NCBI GenBank assembly: GCA_023334545.1
Contig: JAADVB010000098.1
Span: 1-60,754, forward strand
Direction: 5' to 3'
DNA length: 60,754 nucleotides
Origin: Salisapilia sapeloensis CBS 127946
Taxonomy: Eukaryota > Protista > Oomycota
Under the pieces are notes generated by a model, which worked only from the letters and a program-made list of their open reading frames with translations, was not told where the DNA came from and searched no databases. Positions 42,578 to 54,822 of the stretch are shown here, one piece after another. How positions within the stretch are numbered: the first letter of the stretch is position 1; each line of letters opens with the position of its first letter. The position numbers and the translations under genes are program-made.

Positions 42578-44735
42578 GAATAACATATCTTACGTTGTAT
42601 GGGCACGAATGGATATATAAGAGTATTTTGAGGGCTTACTTGCTCATGGCGGAGTTGTTGGAGGTGGTATTATTGGGAAATAACGCCAGGGCGGAGGTTC
42701 GATCACAAGTGTCCGCGTAGTGTGTTTTCTGAGACGAAACCATATGTGTAAGATTATCTTGAAGAGATACATGGCATAGCACTCCTTGAAACCAAGATCT
42801 ACATTTGTACATCTTGCCAAGCGTGCTTTCACAAATGTCCACAGTCAAAAGCCTGTGGAGCGGATTGAGATTGATGTGCACTATACTTATGGAAACGGGC
42901 AAACATTTGAGCTTAAGAAATCTCGACAAACTACTCGAATTGTTCAGAACCTTGGGGATACTGATAGCAGGTTTCTTATTCGTCCATTCTCAATTAGATA
43001 GCCAAAAGAATAATCATAGTAGTAGACACCAATATAGCAGGCTTTACATAGAATGCAGATCTTGGCAATAATATAAGGCATAAATGCCGGAAAGGATAGC
43101 TTTTGAGCTTATACAAACACTTCCAAACATTCCTTCTTCTCACAGGTTTGCTCTATGCAAGAGTATGCTGAAACTATAGCTTTACCGGCCCTTTGATATC
43201 TTTTATCAATTACTACATGTGAACTTTCAGCACCGAATACTCATGTTATACCCAAATCGAGTTAGATATGGACAGTAGTCAACTAGCTCAATTTCAGCAC
43301 ATATTTTTTACGATCATGAGGCGATATAATGCCTGCTTATACACACAGGAAGCGCCTGATAGCTTTATCTTGCTCATTAGCCTTGCGTGATCGTTATAGT
43401 CATGCTTGCACATGAGCTCTTGCTCTTGATATACAACGTCACCACTGTGTTCTGAAAGTCAAACAAGGATAAATCGCACGAATTTAAGCATTTGTATTGT
43501 TACCATTCATCATGCATAACGCATACAAATCTGCCTTGTATGCTGTCTGCGTAACCATTAATGAATGTAGAAAGCGATCGTAATCTTCAACATAGGTACA
43601 ACAAACAGTACGATTTTTAATGGTACTCAGAGTGCTACATAGAAACTTTCGCTACTACAAGATTCTTTTGTACATTTGACTTATTTAGCCATCTTTCCAT
43701 ACATCGATTGTGCCGAACGGAGGTAGCATGGCACAATCTCCATAGATGTTATTGCTTCTACTGAGGTACCCGCACATCAAAGACTGTCATATACAAATAA
43801 GGACTTGTGATTCTATCCGAAGATAATCGGTAAAAGGTCAAAAGAAAGTGCCGAACACACTGCTTCGTACTCGCTAATGGATTGCATTGTTAAACACAGT
43901 AAGTTCACTGTATCTCTCGCATATATTTTTCTCCGGCAGTATATTGCCTATTTGATTATTAGACTTGAACTAGCCATCCAAGTTCCACGTATGCATCACA
44001 CAAGGACATCACGTTAGAATGACTTAAACTCATACAGGTGTACACTGCAACAGCACATAAATGACCAAGCAAACACACGGACGAAACAAAATAGAGAGAC
44101 ACATAACAATCAAATAAAGAAACACATATAAAGTCAAAGCAAGATTAATATAAAACATGAAATTAAAGAAAATAGTAACAACTTCTCATATCACTCCCCA
44201 CACTCACGCTGCCTTGGAATGACGGCTGCGGACGTTCATCAAACGGAGCGTTACCCACAAGTCAAAAGACAAGCAGGCAAGCGCCAAACTTCCCGAGTCA
44301 ATGAGAGGAGTCGAATACGATCATCAAAGTTGTTAAGATCGTCTACATTGGAAAACCAAGTAGAATAGAGAGTACTATAGAATTAGATCCTGTGCAAGTA
44401 CGGTCTTAACTATATATTGGTATGGTTATAGTTAGTTTATATGGTAAAATTGTTCGAATGGGTTCAATTTTTGTTTAAGCCTAATTCGTTCCTAATTCTG
44501 AAATTAACCGTAAAATTGTGTTAAAATTCGATAAGATAGGACTAAAGGTCTGGAAACCTGACTAGATTTTCGTTCCCAACGTCCATTGGACAGCTAACAA
44601 TAGTGAGGCAAGTATCCAAGGCTGGTCAAGGAGCTTGCCAACATGCTAGCTACCAGAGCTTCATTTTGGGTATTGCGAGCTACATCCTACCCTGTCGAAT
44701 ACCGGTTACTTCAGTCGAGATACAACGGCTAAGAA

Positions 44736-44993
44736 ATGTCGAACGAATGGAGCTGCCCGGAATGTACTCTAATCAACCCGAAGGATACAAGTGCATGTGA
44801 TGCGTGCGGGGCGACCAGCCCGGGGATGCTTATGGCCCTGAGAGAATCCAATGAGAATTCTCCACGATTATCTTCCTCGACATGTTTAAGCTCTTCGTCC
44901 GATAAGCAGCTGGCGGAGGAACTCGACCCGTGGTCAGAAGCTGAAAGAGAATGGGCTCACGTCGAAGCTCATCAAGAAGCACATAGCCACTAA
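44736..44993 (+). CDS. 85-aa microprotein with a RanBP2/NZF-type zinc finger
   Basis: WSCPECTLINPKDTSACDAC fits W-x-C-x2-C-x3-N-x6-C-x2-C; a Ser-rich linker leads to an acidic C-terminus. Confidence 0.75.
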   Translation: MSNEWSCPECTLINPKDTSACDACGATSPGMLMALRESNENSPRLSSSTCLSSSSDKQLAEELDPWSEAEREWAHVEAHQEAHSH

Positions 44994-45165
44994 ATATACA
45001 TGGTGCGATCTATACACTTTCGTTCGATTTGTAGTCATGCAATAGTCAATTTAGTCTTCCCATCGAAGCCTTCCATATTTATGTCGTTTCCATAAACCCT
45101 TTGTGATTTGTTTTAAAATCGATTTCAAACAGATAACAACACAAATCCGAACACGTCAGCCGAAG

Positions 45166-46252
45166 ATGGGCATCAGCGCCAACTTTGAGCTCTCCCTCCG
45201 CCCCGAGGCGAATAGAGATCTTCGCAATGTCTCCAAACAGGTATCCTAATCTTTCTTAGACGCCGAACGATATTTCATATCAATGCATATATCTGAATAC
45301 TGATTGAAACCTTGATCATGCTCCCAGACAGTGAATGCCGTGGCTCGTACTGCGAAAAATCCGCGTGATTTGGCCCAAAAACTGCAACGACAGATGGAAG
45401 AGGCCTTTGGCGAAGGATGGCATGTCCTCATTGGCAATGATTTCGCTGTCGACATTCGATACGTATGATTTATGGCTATTATCTGATCACCGTACGAGAC
45501 TGACGATACATTTACGACAGCGTAGAGGTGGATGTGTGTTGCTTGTGAATAAGAAGGACAAGCTCAAGCTGCTGTTGTACCGCACAACAACGCAAGCGAA
45601 TCCGAGACCAACGAACGTGCATCATGCTTTGAAAGCGTATGATCCAGAGACGTTCGTGCCTTCGCGTAAGCTCAAAGCGACTGTCTATGAGAGTGACATG
45701 TCGGACGGTATAAAGCAAAAAGTGATGCAGACGTTGCGTTTCCTCGTAGAAGAATTTAACGGAGATGAAGCTGCTCCTGCCAAGATCGCCGAGACCATTA
45801 AACACGCGTTAACGAAGGACTATGGTCCGACGTGGCACACGGCAGTCTCCCCCACACGGGATATGTGCTTGATCCCGAGGTGCATCCCTGGTACACATCT
45901 CGACGTGGCTCTTGATAAAACGAGAATTGTTGTGTACGCACATGACGGCATTAAAGCTGATGCCAATATGGATCTCGCTCGGCTACTGAACGCCTTCAGT
46001 CTTATCGTCGGCTTGATCTGTTTCGTGTTGATGGGCTACATCACGTATACGAAACCAGAGAACCATGACGAGTGCTTAGGACTGGAAGAAGACAATCTTC
46101 GAAAGGGATGTACGCAAGCGGAAGTAGATGCTGCAGGATCTCGTCGACTGTGGGAGAATGTGACGTTCTACGGAGCAACTGGATGCGCCGTCTTCGCTGC
46201 GATGCTACGCATGTTCCTCGGAATTTTGCGTACCAAGTTTAAACATGACTAG
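45166..46252 (+). CDS. Tandem dynein light chain (LC8-like) domains plus two C-terminal TM helices, 313 aa, three exons (45166-45240, 45328-45462, 45521-46252)
   Basis: Domain 1 LAQKLQRQMEEAFGEGWHVLIGNDFAVDIRY; domain 2 ESDMSDGIKQ...IAETIKHALTKDYGPTWHTAVS. Two hydrophobic helices follow. Introns of 87 and 58 nt; 942 nt total. Confidence 0.82.
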
Positions 46253-46918
46253 AGACCATTCTTCGTGGGTGTCAGAATTGAGATGAAAATAGTCCGATAG
46301 CTGCTAAGGCGAGCTTTAGTAATAGAAGCCTCATGCTCATCGTGTCCATTGGTTTTGATGATTTATATTATTTACAAGACCATGACCATGGATACAAAGA
46401 TTATACCATAAAGCTAGTAGAAGTACAAGGTAGCGAACACTCATAGGGTATCTGAGAATGTACACGATGACTAACTTAATGTCCTTCGAGCGAATGGTTT
46501 GCTTGCGTAATGATACACGGCTGATTAGTTTCGATGCGCCCACCCTTCTGAGGATGGTGGTACAGACGCACTTGTTAGTACTAGATGGAAATGCTGACCG
46601 GATCGAACTTCCTTTCATTCCAAAGTAGAGGGTGTATAAACCAATACTTACATCTTCATACTATGCTTCATCCTAAAGTCTACATGGACACGGCAAAAGA
46701 GAGTCTAGTCTATAGGGATGTGTCGGCAGTAAGCTATAACTGACAGCGAGGTAAAACGACTACAGTCACAGTGCATTCACCTGCACTACCTATAAGAGAC
46801 GCACGTATTTGCATAGATGTAGCCGCAAAGAAAACAACGACAGATCCTGTTATGCATTTGACTACCATCCAATACCTCGGATCCGACTACTATCTCAGAC
46901 ACTAAATACGATGCAGTC

Positions 46919-49378
46919 TTAAGCTTGTCCAATGGATGCCTGCAATCCCTCTTGCTTGTCCTTGTACTCATCAATGCCTCCTTCCAGTCTCTTCATGTTC
47001 ACCACGCCCTTCTTCTTCGTAATTTCTAGCACCCGCGCCTCTCTCTCGGATTCATCCTGGCTCGTGAACACATCCAGAAAGTGAAGGTCGTGACTAATGA
47101 GCACCACAGCACCTTCAAAATCCCGCAAAGCTCTCGCGAGGACATCGATCGTTCCCATATCCAAGTGGTTTGTAGGTTCATCCAACAGCAGAACATGAGG
47201 AGGGTGAGGGAATGTAGCCCACGCAAGACCTACACGTACCAACTGACCTCCAGACAATGACTCTAACGGCACTCCTACAGCCGTGTCACCCATGATACCG
47301 AAGCTGCTCAAGTGAGCTCTTAGCTTTCCGTCTTTGGCGTTCTTATTGGACGCCTGAGGCACCTCCCCTAGTGCCTCTTCCGACGCGCTATCTCGCTCAT
47401 CCTCCAGCTTCTTCAGAAGTGCTAGAGGAGTCAACCGACGAGACCAGTCCAACCGCTTGAGGTTCTCCACATTATGCTGCATGAGCGACACGACGCGAGC
47501 TCCATTAAACCGCTCGATCTTCCCAGAAGTAGGGGTCACAGCACCGTCCAGCAGCTTCATTAGTGTCGTTTTCCCTGCGCCGTTACGTCCGAGGACTACG
47601 ATCTTGTCTCCATACTCAATCGTCAGGTTCAGCTTGTCCATCTTTAGTGGTAAAGTCGACGTCTGAGTGTCTTGTGCTTCGTACTGGAAACTGACGTTGC
47701 CAAGAGACAGCATGGTCGTGCCTTCGAGCTTGGACAAGTTGCGGATCTGAGGAGGACTCGAGCTTAGAATCTTCCATGCCGGATAATCCACGACGCTCTC
47801 GTACTTGGCAGTGTCCTCTGCACCGTCTCGAATACCAAAGTAGTACCCTGCTCTGTCTCGATTCAGCTTCATCCGGTGTCCACTGGCGTTTCGCTCAAGT
47901 CCAATGCGCTCCATCTTCTTCTTCTTGGATGCTGCTACCTGTGCTTTCTTGTCGTCCTTCGTGGCCTTGGCTTGTGCATTCAAGCCCGACACCATCTTGG
48001 TCATCTTGTCTGTCTTTTGCTCGAGCTTGGTCTGCAGTCGTTCGTTGAAAAGCTTCTTGTGCTCCATGGCTTTTTCATACGCGTCATAGCTACCGTCATA
48101 GTACGCCAAGGTCTTGTCGTACCCTCGGAAGAGGATAGTCTCTTCCGTCGTGGCGTTCAGGAAGAAGCGGTCGTGGGATACAAGGACGAGCGTCACTTGG
48201 TAACCTAGTACATCTTCCAATGACAGTAAATAGTCTTTAAGCCACAATATCGATGGCATGTCCAGGTGATTTGTTGGTTCATCCAGCAGTAGAAAGTCAG
48301 GTTCCATAAAGAGTACTCGTGCTAGCAAGATTCGCACTTGCCAGCCTCCACTCAAGGAAGAGAGGGGCGCCTCCTGCTTCTCAGGACTGATCGACATGCT
48401 GCTCAAGATGCGACGAGCTCTTGCTTCCATTGACACTTCATCCAGAAGCTTAAGTTCCTGTTGATATCCCTCTGTTTTTTCATGAATCTGCTTGAGCAAT
48501 GAGCTCTCTTCAATGTCTTCCGGTTCCTCCTGTAGCGACTCTGTGTCCTTTAATCGCTTTCGCAGCGCCTTGAGACGATCCTCCGCCTCGATCAGACGCA
48601 AGCGAGCGTCCTTACCACGCATACCAGACCGCTTAATGGCTATCTTGTTGGCCTTTTCAAAGTCTTCTTCTGCCTCTAGCACCTGCACTTGTAGCAAGAA
48701 ATGCAGCATCCGGATTGTGCTACTAGTAAAGCTAAAATCTTCGATAGAACTAGTGCCCAAAGCCTTTTCAAGTAGTTCTAGCTTGTCCTTTACGATTTGG
48801 ACACGAGTGTCAGCGTCCAGCACCGTCTGCAGCACCGATCGGTCTCTTGCGTCTCGAGCTGTAAGGAGAGAAGTGTCCAATTGATTCAAGTATAGCACTC
48901 GTAGTGAAGTAGGTAGGCCTTCTACCAGTCCATCTGCTAGGGCCTGTAACAGTGTCGACTTCCCAATACCGTTCGCACCGACGAGGCCGTACTTGTACCC
49001 ATAATTGAGCTTTAACTGCGTATCTCGTAGCAGCTCCACCGACTTGTCTTTCCTGCCTGGAGGCTTCACGGACAGCGTAAATTGGTCCAGCATGATATTT
49101 TTGCCGAATTCGTCGTATGTACCCTTGTAGAACCGCGTCTGCTGTGCTGTTGCCACGATCGTTGCTGCTTCGGCTTCATCCACGGGATCCTCACTCTCCA
49201 GCGAGACCTGAGCTGGATGATCGCTCTCCTTGGTGACTGACGGAGTCCTCTTGGAAGCTTTCTTCGATCGCTGCTTTTGTGACCGCTTCTCCTTGCGAGA
49301 CAGCGTGGGCTTCTCTGGGTCCGTCTCCAGTACCGAATTTACAGGCTTTTGCCCTAGTGTATGCATCGATGGCAACAT
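46919..49378 (-). CDS. ABC-F family ATPase (two NBDs, no TM domains)
   Basis: GANGIGKS / LSGGW / LLLDEPTNHLD / VSHDRFFLN, then GRNGAGKT / LSGGQ / LLLDEPTNHLD / ISHD. The start is probably ATG 49378, with an Inr-like CTCATTGCGAATTC just upstream, rather than 49522. Confidence 0.93.
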   Translation of the reverse strand: MLPSMHTLGQKPVNSVLETDPEKPTLSRKEKRSQKQRSKKASKRTPSVTKESDHPAQVSLESEDPVDEAEAATIVATAQQTRFYKGTYDEFGKNIMLDQFTLSVKPPGRKDKSVELLRDTQLKLNYGYKYGLVGANGIGKSTLLQALADGLVEGLPTSLRVLYLNQLDTSLLTARDARDRSVLQTVLDADTRVQIVKDKLELLEKALGTSSIEDFSFTSSTIRMLHFLLQVQVLEAEEDFEKANKIAIKRSGMRGKDARLRLIEAEDRLKALRKRLKDTESLQEEPEDIEESSLLKQIHEKTEGYQQELKLLDEVSMEARARRILSSMSISPEKQEAPLSSLSGGWQVRILLARVLFMEPDFLLLDEPTNHLDMPSILWLKDYLLSLEDVLGYQVTLVLVSHDRFFLNATTEETILFRGYDKTLAYYDGSYDAYEKAMEHKKLFNERLQTKLEQKTDKMTKMVSGLNAQAKATKDDKKAQVAASKKKKMERIGLERNASGHRMKLNRDRAGYYFGIRDGAEDTAKYESVVDYPAWKILSSSPPQIRNLSKLEGTTMLSLGNVSFQYEAQDTQTSTLPLKMDKLNLTIEYGDKIVVLGRNGAGKTTLMKLLDGAVTPTSGKIERFNGARVVSLMQHNVENLKRLDWSRRLTPLALLKKLEDERDSASEEALGEVPQASNKNAKDGKLRAHLSSFGIMGDTAVGVPLESLSGGQLVRVGLAWATFPHPPHVLLLDEPTNHLDMGTIDVLARALRDFEGAVVLISHDLHFLDVFTSQDESEREARVLEITKKKGVVNMKRLEGGIDEYKDKQEGLQASIGQA

Positions 49379-50065
49379 ATCGATATGCTTGAATTCGCAA
49401 TGAGAGCTAGGAGCTCGGTATCGTACTGAAAAATGGTAGAAATAGTACCGAATCGACCGGCACCGCAGCGAAGTTTCCACTCCCGTTCGTTCTGACCGTT
49501 CCAAATACAAAAACGAGGTCATTCGGTGTAGGGGAGTTTTGATGAATCCTAGTCAGACGTAACTGATGATTGACACGCTCTAGTAAGCTCTATAATCATT
49601 TTGTAGAGTACATCGTAGGTTTGGTTTTGATGCAAGCTTGGCTAGCCATATTGGATCGAAAGGCTATTGCATAAATGTTTCGCAGAGGAACGCAAGTTGG
49701 TATCAATACACCGTCTTATACAGTCAGGAATTAATGATTGATACCCTGTTAGCTGGATTAATTGGTAAGGACTTAGGAATGGAAAAGCTTTTGTGAGGAC
49801 TGGGGCAAGATCCTTTCACCATTCCCAAGCACAGGATTAGATCGACGTAAATGTCACTGATGCCAGCGCTAAAGTTTTTTGTCTACAAAGATCTTTTGAC
49901 GTAGAACGATAGATTGTGTAAACAAGAAGTAAATTCATTTGTGTCTTTGATGGCAGGCGTACAAATTTCGATCTTGGGCTCCGGCGACCCATAATTATCC
50001 AGAATAGATGAAGTGTTCGATATATCTGCTGCCCATGTTCCTCCACGTCACAGTCTTCATGGATA

Positions 50066-52201
50066 CTAGTCCTCTTCTTCCTTATCGCCAGAGGTCTCAA
50101 AGCACGGGAAGTGCTTCAGGTCTGACAATGCATCCATGGCCGCCATGCCCTCGAGATATTCCTTGTTAACAGTGAGCCAGTCATCCTGTAGCAGGCCTTC
50201 CGTGTAATGTCCGAATCTATACAAGAAGCGATGATTCACAATTGGATATTACCAAGACCGTTCACAGTCAGAAGTCTTCCTGGACAGCTGATGTCGAATA
50301 GAAACTTTCAATGGGCACTTACGTATCTGCAGGATTGTATTGATAAGCCGATTCTGGATTCAGTGACCAACTGAAGCCTCCTGCATATCCATCTTTAAGT
50401 AGCACTTCGATGGTAAAGTCGGATGCACGTTTCGTTGTTCTCATTGGGTGTTCATCTTTGGCATATAGACCGACGAACTCACCGAGAAGTATGGCTGGAC
50501 CCTTATCATGCCTCAAAAAACCAAACATGTGCTCCATTGTCGCCTCAATGTTCCTACGTAAAGTTTTGTCGTCGAGTTCTACGTAGTTGTTCATTGCACC
50601 TTGTTCCCCCGCAGTACCCCTCTCGTACATATAAGGTGGTGGATACACACTAGGATTATAGTAGTGTGGAGCATAAACTACTTTATCCGGTATCGAGAAC
50701 TCAACAGGATCTTTTTTTGCATGCTGCAATCCGCCACCAAACCTAGGCCAAAGTAGAATTAAATACCTGCTTGACTCTATATTACTATTGTCATAAGTTG
50801 GGTCAAGTCACGAACACGTACCAGTCATAGTAGGACAAAACATCACCATCGACCTCAAACGAATGAGCCCCATTAATGCCTTCCACAAAGCCCATCCATT
50901 GTGGACACCTCTTGAGCATTCTATTAGCAATTCGCTCAGCACCAGCCTTAAAATCAACGGGAGAGCCATCGCCCCATGTCGCTTCATAAGGCTCATTTTT
51001 CAAATCGATACCCATCACGTTAAAGTATTTCTTGCTGCATAAGTTTTCCGTAAGCTTATCGATTGCGTCGAGGAAGTCATCTTCACTGTACTTGTCGTTG
51101 AACCAAACTTTTCCATGCTCGCCTCCTGAGAGCGTATGCATGGAGATCATCACTCCAATTCGTCTGAAAGCAAATGCCTCGATTATGCTCTGAAGCATTT
51201 CCATGTAGCCTTCGAGTGAAATGGCTCGATTCTCGTATGTATTCACTAAATCTTTGGACGGCTTTGTGTTTTCGAGCAAGTACTCGACGCTAACAGGTAG
51301 GCGAACAGCATTGAACTTGTTTGCGGATAAAAACCTCGCAATTTGATATAACGTGGTACCATTCTCCCCATTTGCCCATAGCCCCAACGGAACAATCGTG
51401 CCTCTACTCGAGTGAACATCAAAGACGCATTAAAACCGGAACATAAAGTGGCAAACGAATTCAAGCAATGTATCCACTTACGTTTCCATCCCGAACCAAT
51501 TCGTGCCTTTGATCGATATTGGTACTTCTGTACCGTTGCTTGCTCTCGCATAGATCTTACCATTCTTGCTCAAATAATTCGGAAGCTCACACGCTACCAT
51601 TAATAGCATACCCATGAGATTTAAGATCATACAATATTTCCCCATAACAATTTGATTTACATACAAGTTGCCGGGTATTTCTTTGGATTGCCGATGGCTC
51701 CGTCGTCTGAAATGATTTCATCCCCAAAAACTTCGTCCCCCACAATATCACCAGCTCCGCCTTTAATCGCTGTACGATGGAATACCTCCTTCTCGAATGA
51801 GTGAAACCGACTTGAAGCTTCATCTTCATACCTCATGGCAGCTACTACGATCCAAGTAATTGCAACGATACCACCAACCACTAACCCAAGTGCCCCAGGC
51901 CATCTCTAGGTAGGTATACACATTATACCAATTATACTAGACAAGAACGTTTGGAATAACATACACGGTGCCTGCCTCTAAAGTCGTTTAGTCTCTCCAT
52001 GCGAGTTGGCGCGAGAGCTGGATAAATCTCGCGGTCTATGACACGTTTTTTGGTAGAGGGATCGGTATCGTCTAGTAGCTTGTTTGTTGACTTGGACCAC
52101 ATCTCTGAATTACGATACGGTTGCGGTGCCGAACCGCTTTCATTGGTATGCTCGGTTGATCGAACGTCGACGGACTGGTAATCTTTAGCTGAGTCTTTCA
52201 T
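50066..52201 (-). CDS. Type II membrane-anchored GH5 endoglucanase-like enzyme, 580 aa, six exons (52201-51965, 51905-51665, 51593-51482, 51403-50822, 50742-50323, 50216-50066)
   Basis: IKGTNWFGMET, FNAVRLP, acid/base DLKNEPY, YAPHYY, nucleophile LLGEF and WSLNPES. N-terminal TM ALGLVVGGIVAITWIVVAAM. Five GT-AG introns keep the frame (1743 nt). Confidence 0.92.
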
Positions 52202-52926
52202 TTTTAAACTGAGCACGCACCACCAAACGGTAGATGCTTATGCTGTCTTTCGCCCTTGATACTCAACAACTGGAGACTACTTAGAGTGGGTGGTTTCATT
52301 CTGGTCGCGCGGCCTATCAGTACCAAAGCTGAAACGAACATCGCCAGACATTGTACGTTGAAGAAAATTCTGCTCATGTTTGGTAGCCTTGGCTATAGTA
52401 ACTTGGCCACCCTGAAATGTTATATGTTTCCCGCGGTAAATTGTTTTTCGATTTCTACCTCTTCATTCACTTCTATGCAGCTACGATAAGGCAAATGGAT
52501 GATGAGCATCATTCATGCTATTTAAATAAATATGCATTCAACAAAGCTTTGTAAGGAGCCAAGTTACCATAGCCGGGATGACTTGCGAATTTAGGGAGTG
52601 AAGCGTATTGCAGTCATGTACAGCGGTCCCTCTCGCCTTTAGGAATGCAGGAACAGAAAGCACCAAAGATTTTTGATATTGTCGCGACAAAACACTTTTT
52701 CTTGTCTACGTACCGGTCGATAGATCTAAGTCGAGAATGTAAAGATAAGTTATGCTTGAATGCTTGTGTATATGAGATGCTTTGTGATTTTGGTTGTCTA
52801 GGTGAAGAGGCCAACAAGCAACAGTGAAAGCATAGGCAGAAGCAAAAAGGTTTACAAGCGTTCATTGAGCAAGCTTGCGAGCTTCCTCTTTTCGGAATAA
52901 GACAGCTTCAAGCCTTCGTCGAGGTC

Positions 52927-53709
52927 TTAGATGGTACCGGAGATCACATCAGAATTGGTAGTCGTCTGTCCGCGAGCAGTCTTGAGCCAGCATGTGCCTC
53001 CATTGTACGAATTCCACGAGAAAGCACCGCAACCAGGAACTTCCCTGCATCTCGTGCAACATGCTTCAGCATTTGCGCCCCGCACCGGGTTAAGGTTGTT
53101 GCCCGTATAGTCGACCCCTTGTTCGATGGTGCAGCTCGGCTGGGTTGGTGCGGGAGTTTCCCCGAAAGGCTTTGGATACGGCTCTGCCGATACGGCTCCA
53201 GGTGATGAGATCGTGCTTCCCTTGGAACTCTTAAACCAACAGATTCCTCCACCATAATCCGTATGGGTGAATGCTCGGCATCCTGGGAACGCTTCACAAG
53301 CACTACAGCAATCGGATGGGTCCGACCGGAATGCACTACCAATGTCGTTGCCAACGTAGTCGACGTCATGCTCTGAGACGCAGGTAGGTTCAAGAAACTG
53401 CACCGATAGTGCAGAGATGACACCCGGTCTGTACGAAACCGCGCCTTGTTCACTCTTAAGCCAACAAGTACCTCCATTGTAGTCGTTCCAGCTGAATGCA
53501 TTGCAGCCTTCCCGATTGTAGCATATGTCACAGCAATCTCCTGGGTTACCAGCACGGGCAGTGCCAATGTTTTGACCATCGAAATCAAAATCTTCCTGGA
53601 GAGTACAGAAAGGGTCTAGATCAAGTTGCAACTGACGGAGAGAGTCTGCCGAGGCGAGAGAGTGTAGTAGAGACATGGAGAGGAAGATCGTAGACGTAAG
53701 AAGCTTCAT
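52927..53709 (-). CDS. Secreted CBEL-like lectin with three PAN/Apple domains
   Basis: Signal peptide, then three copies of C....D(F/Y).G..(I/L)......CC..C....GC.AF....Y.GG.CW.K. Confidence 0.93.
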   Translation of the reverse strand: MKLLTSTIFLSMSLLHSLASADSLRQLQLDLDPFCTLQEDFDFDGQNIGTARAGNPGDCCDICYNREGCNAFSWNDYNGGTCWLKSEQGAVSYRPGVISALSVQFLEPTCVSEHDVDYVGNDIGSAFRSDPSDCCSACEAFPGCRAFTHTDYGGGICWFKSSKGSTISSPGAVSAEPYPKPFGETPAPTQPSCTIEQGVDYTGNNLNPVRGANAEACCTRCREVPGCGAFSWNSYNGGTCWLKTARGQTTTNSDVISGTI

Positions 53710-53747
53710 GACTGCTCTTGTTGGTCTTCCGGTGGTTGATTTGAATC

Positions 53748-53763
53748 AAAATTGAAAATGAGC
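53748..53763 (-). promoter_or_regulatory. Oomycete Inr/FPR core promoter of the PAN gene
   Basis: GCTCATTTTCAATTTT is a perfect match to GCTCATTYBNNNWTTY and ends 38 nt before the ATG. Confidence 0.72.
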
Positions 53764-54822
53764 TTTCTATTAGAGCAAGTGTACATCTTTCTAGCGCCAG
53801 GTAGTCGCTGTGACAACATGGAGTATCTTGCAGTGTAAGAAGCGACACTGCTCTAGAAGGCTTTATTTGGAAAGAAATGTATTTATAAAGTTCCATGACT
53901 CGCGTACTTGGAGTTTCAATTATACAAAATCGTACGATCGAGGCGAAAACGCGGAAGCATTAGATTGACTACGAGAAGTTGGAAGCAATTTACTAGAAGA
54001 ATTTCTTTTAGGAGTCCTCGGATATGAAAAGGAGCAAAGTTAGTGCATGAATGGTCACTGCGGTCGGTTACTCCTACATATCAAGAGGCAGATTATGCTG
54101 TTCGAATAAACGTCCGATGAGAACGATAGAGTATATGCCGTCTAGTCATCTAGACAATCTTCTTCATCAGAGAGTATGGTGCTTGACATTTGCGAAGTCA
54201 AATCTTCGTCTTTCGAACGGCTTTTCATCACTGAAGAGGTGTTACCATGCTGACTACCGATCCACTTCCTGTTCGAATCTTGGCACTTCAGCATGTTCTT
54301 GAACACAGTACTCAGTCCACTGATCGGCCTGATATCTTCCATGTCTATCGTTCAGTCGTCGTGTAGATATTCTAGCATCAAAGAATCTGCGCAATGCGTT
54401 ATCATGAACTACGGCCGGATCCTTTAGTACTCGCCCGAGCTGCCTACATTACCATTCGGCCAAGTTCTAGTTCATTTATTCTGTTTACCTCGTCGAGTTT
54501 AATGTAGCTCACGACTCTCAAACCACTTCAAGTAACACTCGACTACGTCTGCCTTCAACTCACACACATCTAAGATCCAAGATTTATAAACAGATCTGAA
54601 TGATCAACTAGAAGACAAGTACGCCCTCCATCACTGAATCCAACCTCTACAACATGTCCATTCCCAAGCCAACGTCATTTTTGTCGTATTATCCAATTTA
54701 TGTACTAGCTGCTTCCTTGGCCTGGCCACTGTAGCTTTCACTCGCCATCCACTTCCATCGTGCATAAGCTGCTTCGGCCCACGTGAGAGTAAAAAGTAAA
54801 AAAAGTGCTCCAGACCAAGTCG

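Noticed and set aside
42636-43071. Short ORFs divergent from tatD, including a hAT-dimerisation-like FVHLAKRAFT...VERI and a CTSCQACFHKC cluster
   Set aside because: The similarities are short and fall in different frames; no coherent gene or element.
43100-44600. AT-rich ORF-free spacer with faint Copia RNase H-like words (SEYEA, xIDV) and a GGGGAG-TG polypurine-tract-like site near 44190
   Set aside because: The motif order is inconsistent with a single LTR element, no paired LTRs are seen, and the matches are at chance level.
52944-53588. 214-aa overlapping ORF on the same strand as the PAN gene
   Set aside because: Alternative frame of a clearly patterned PAN-repeat CDS.
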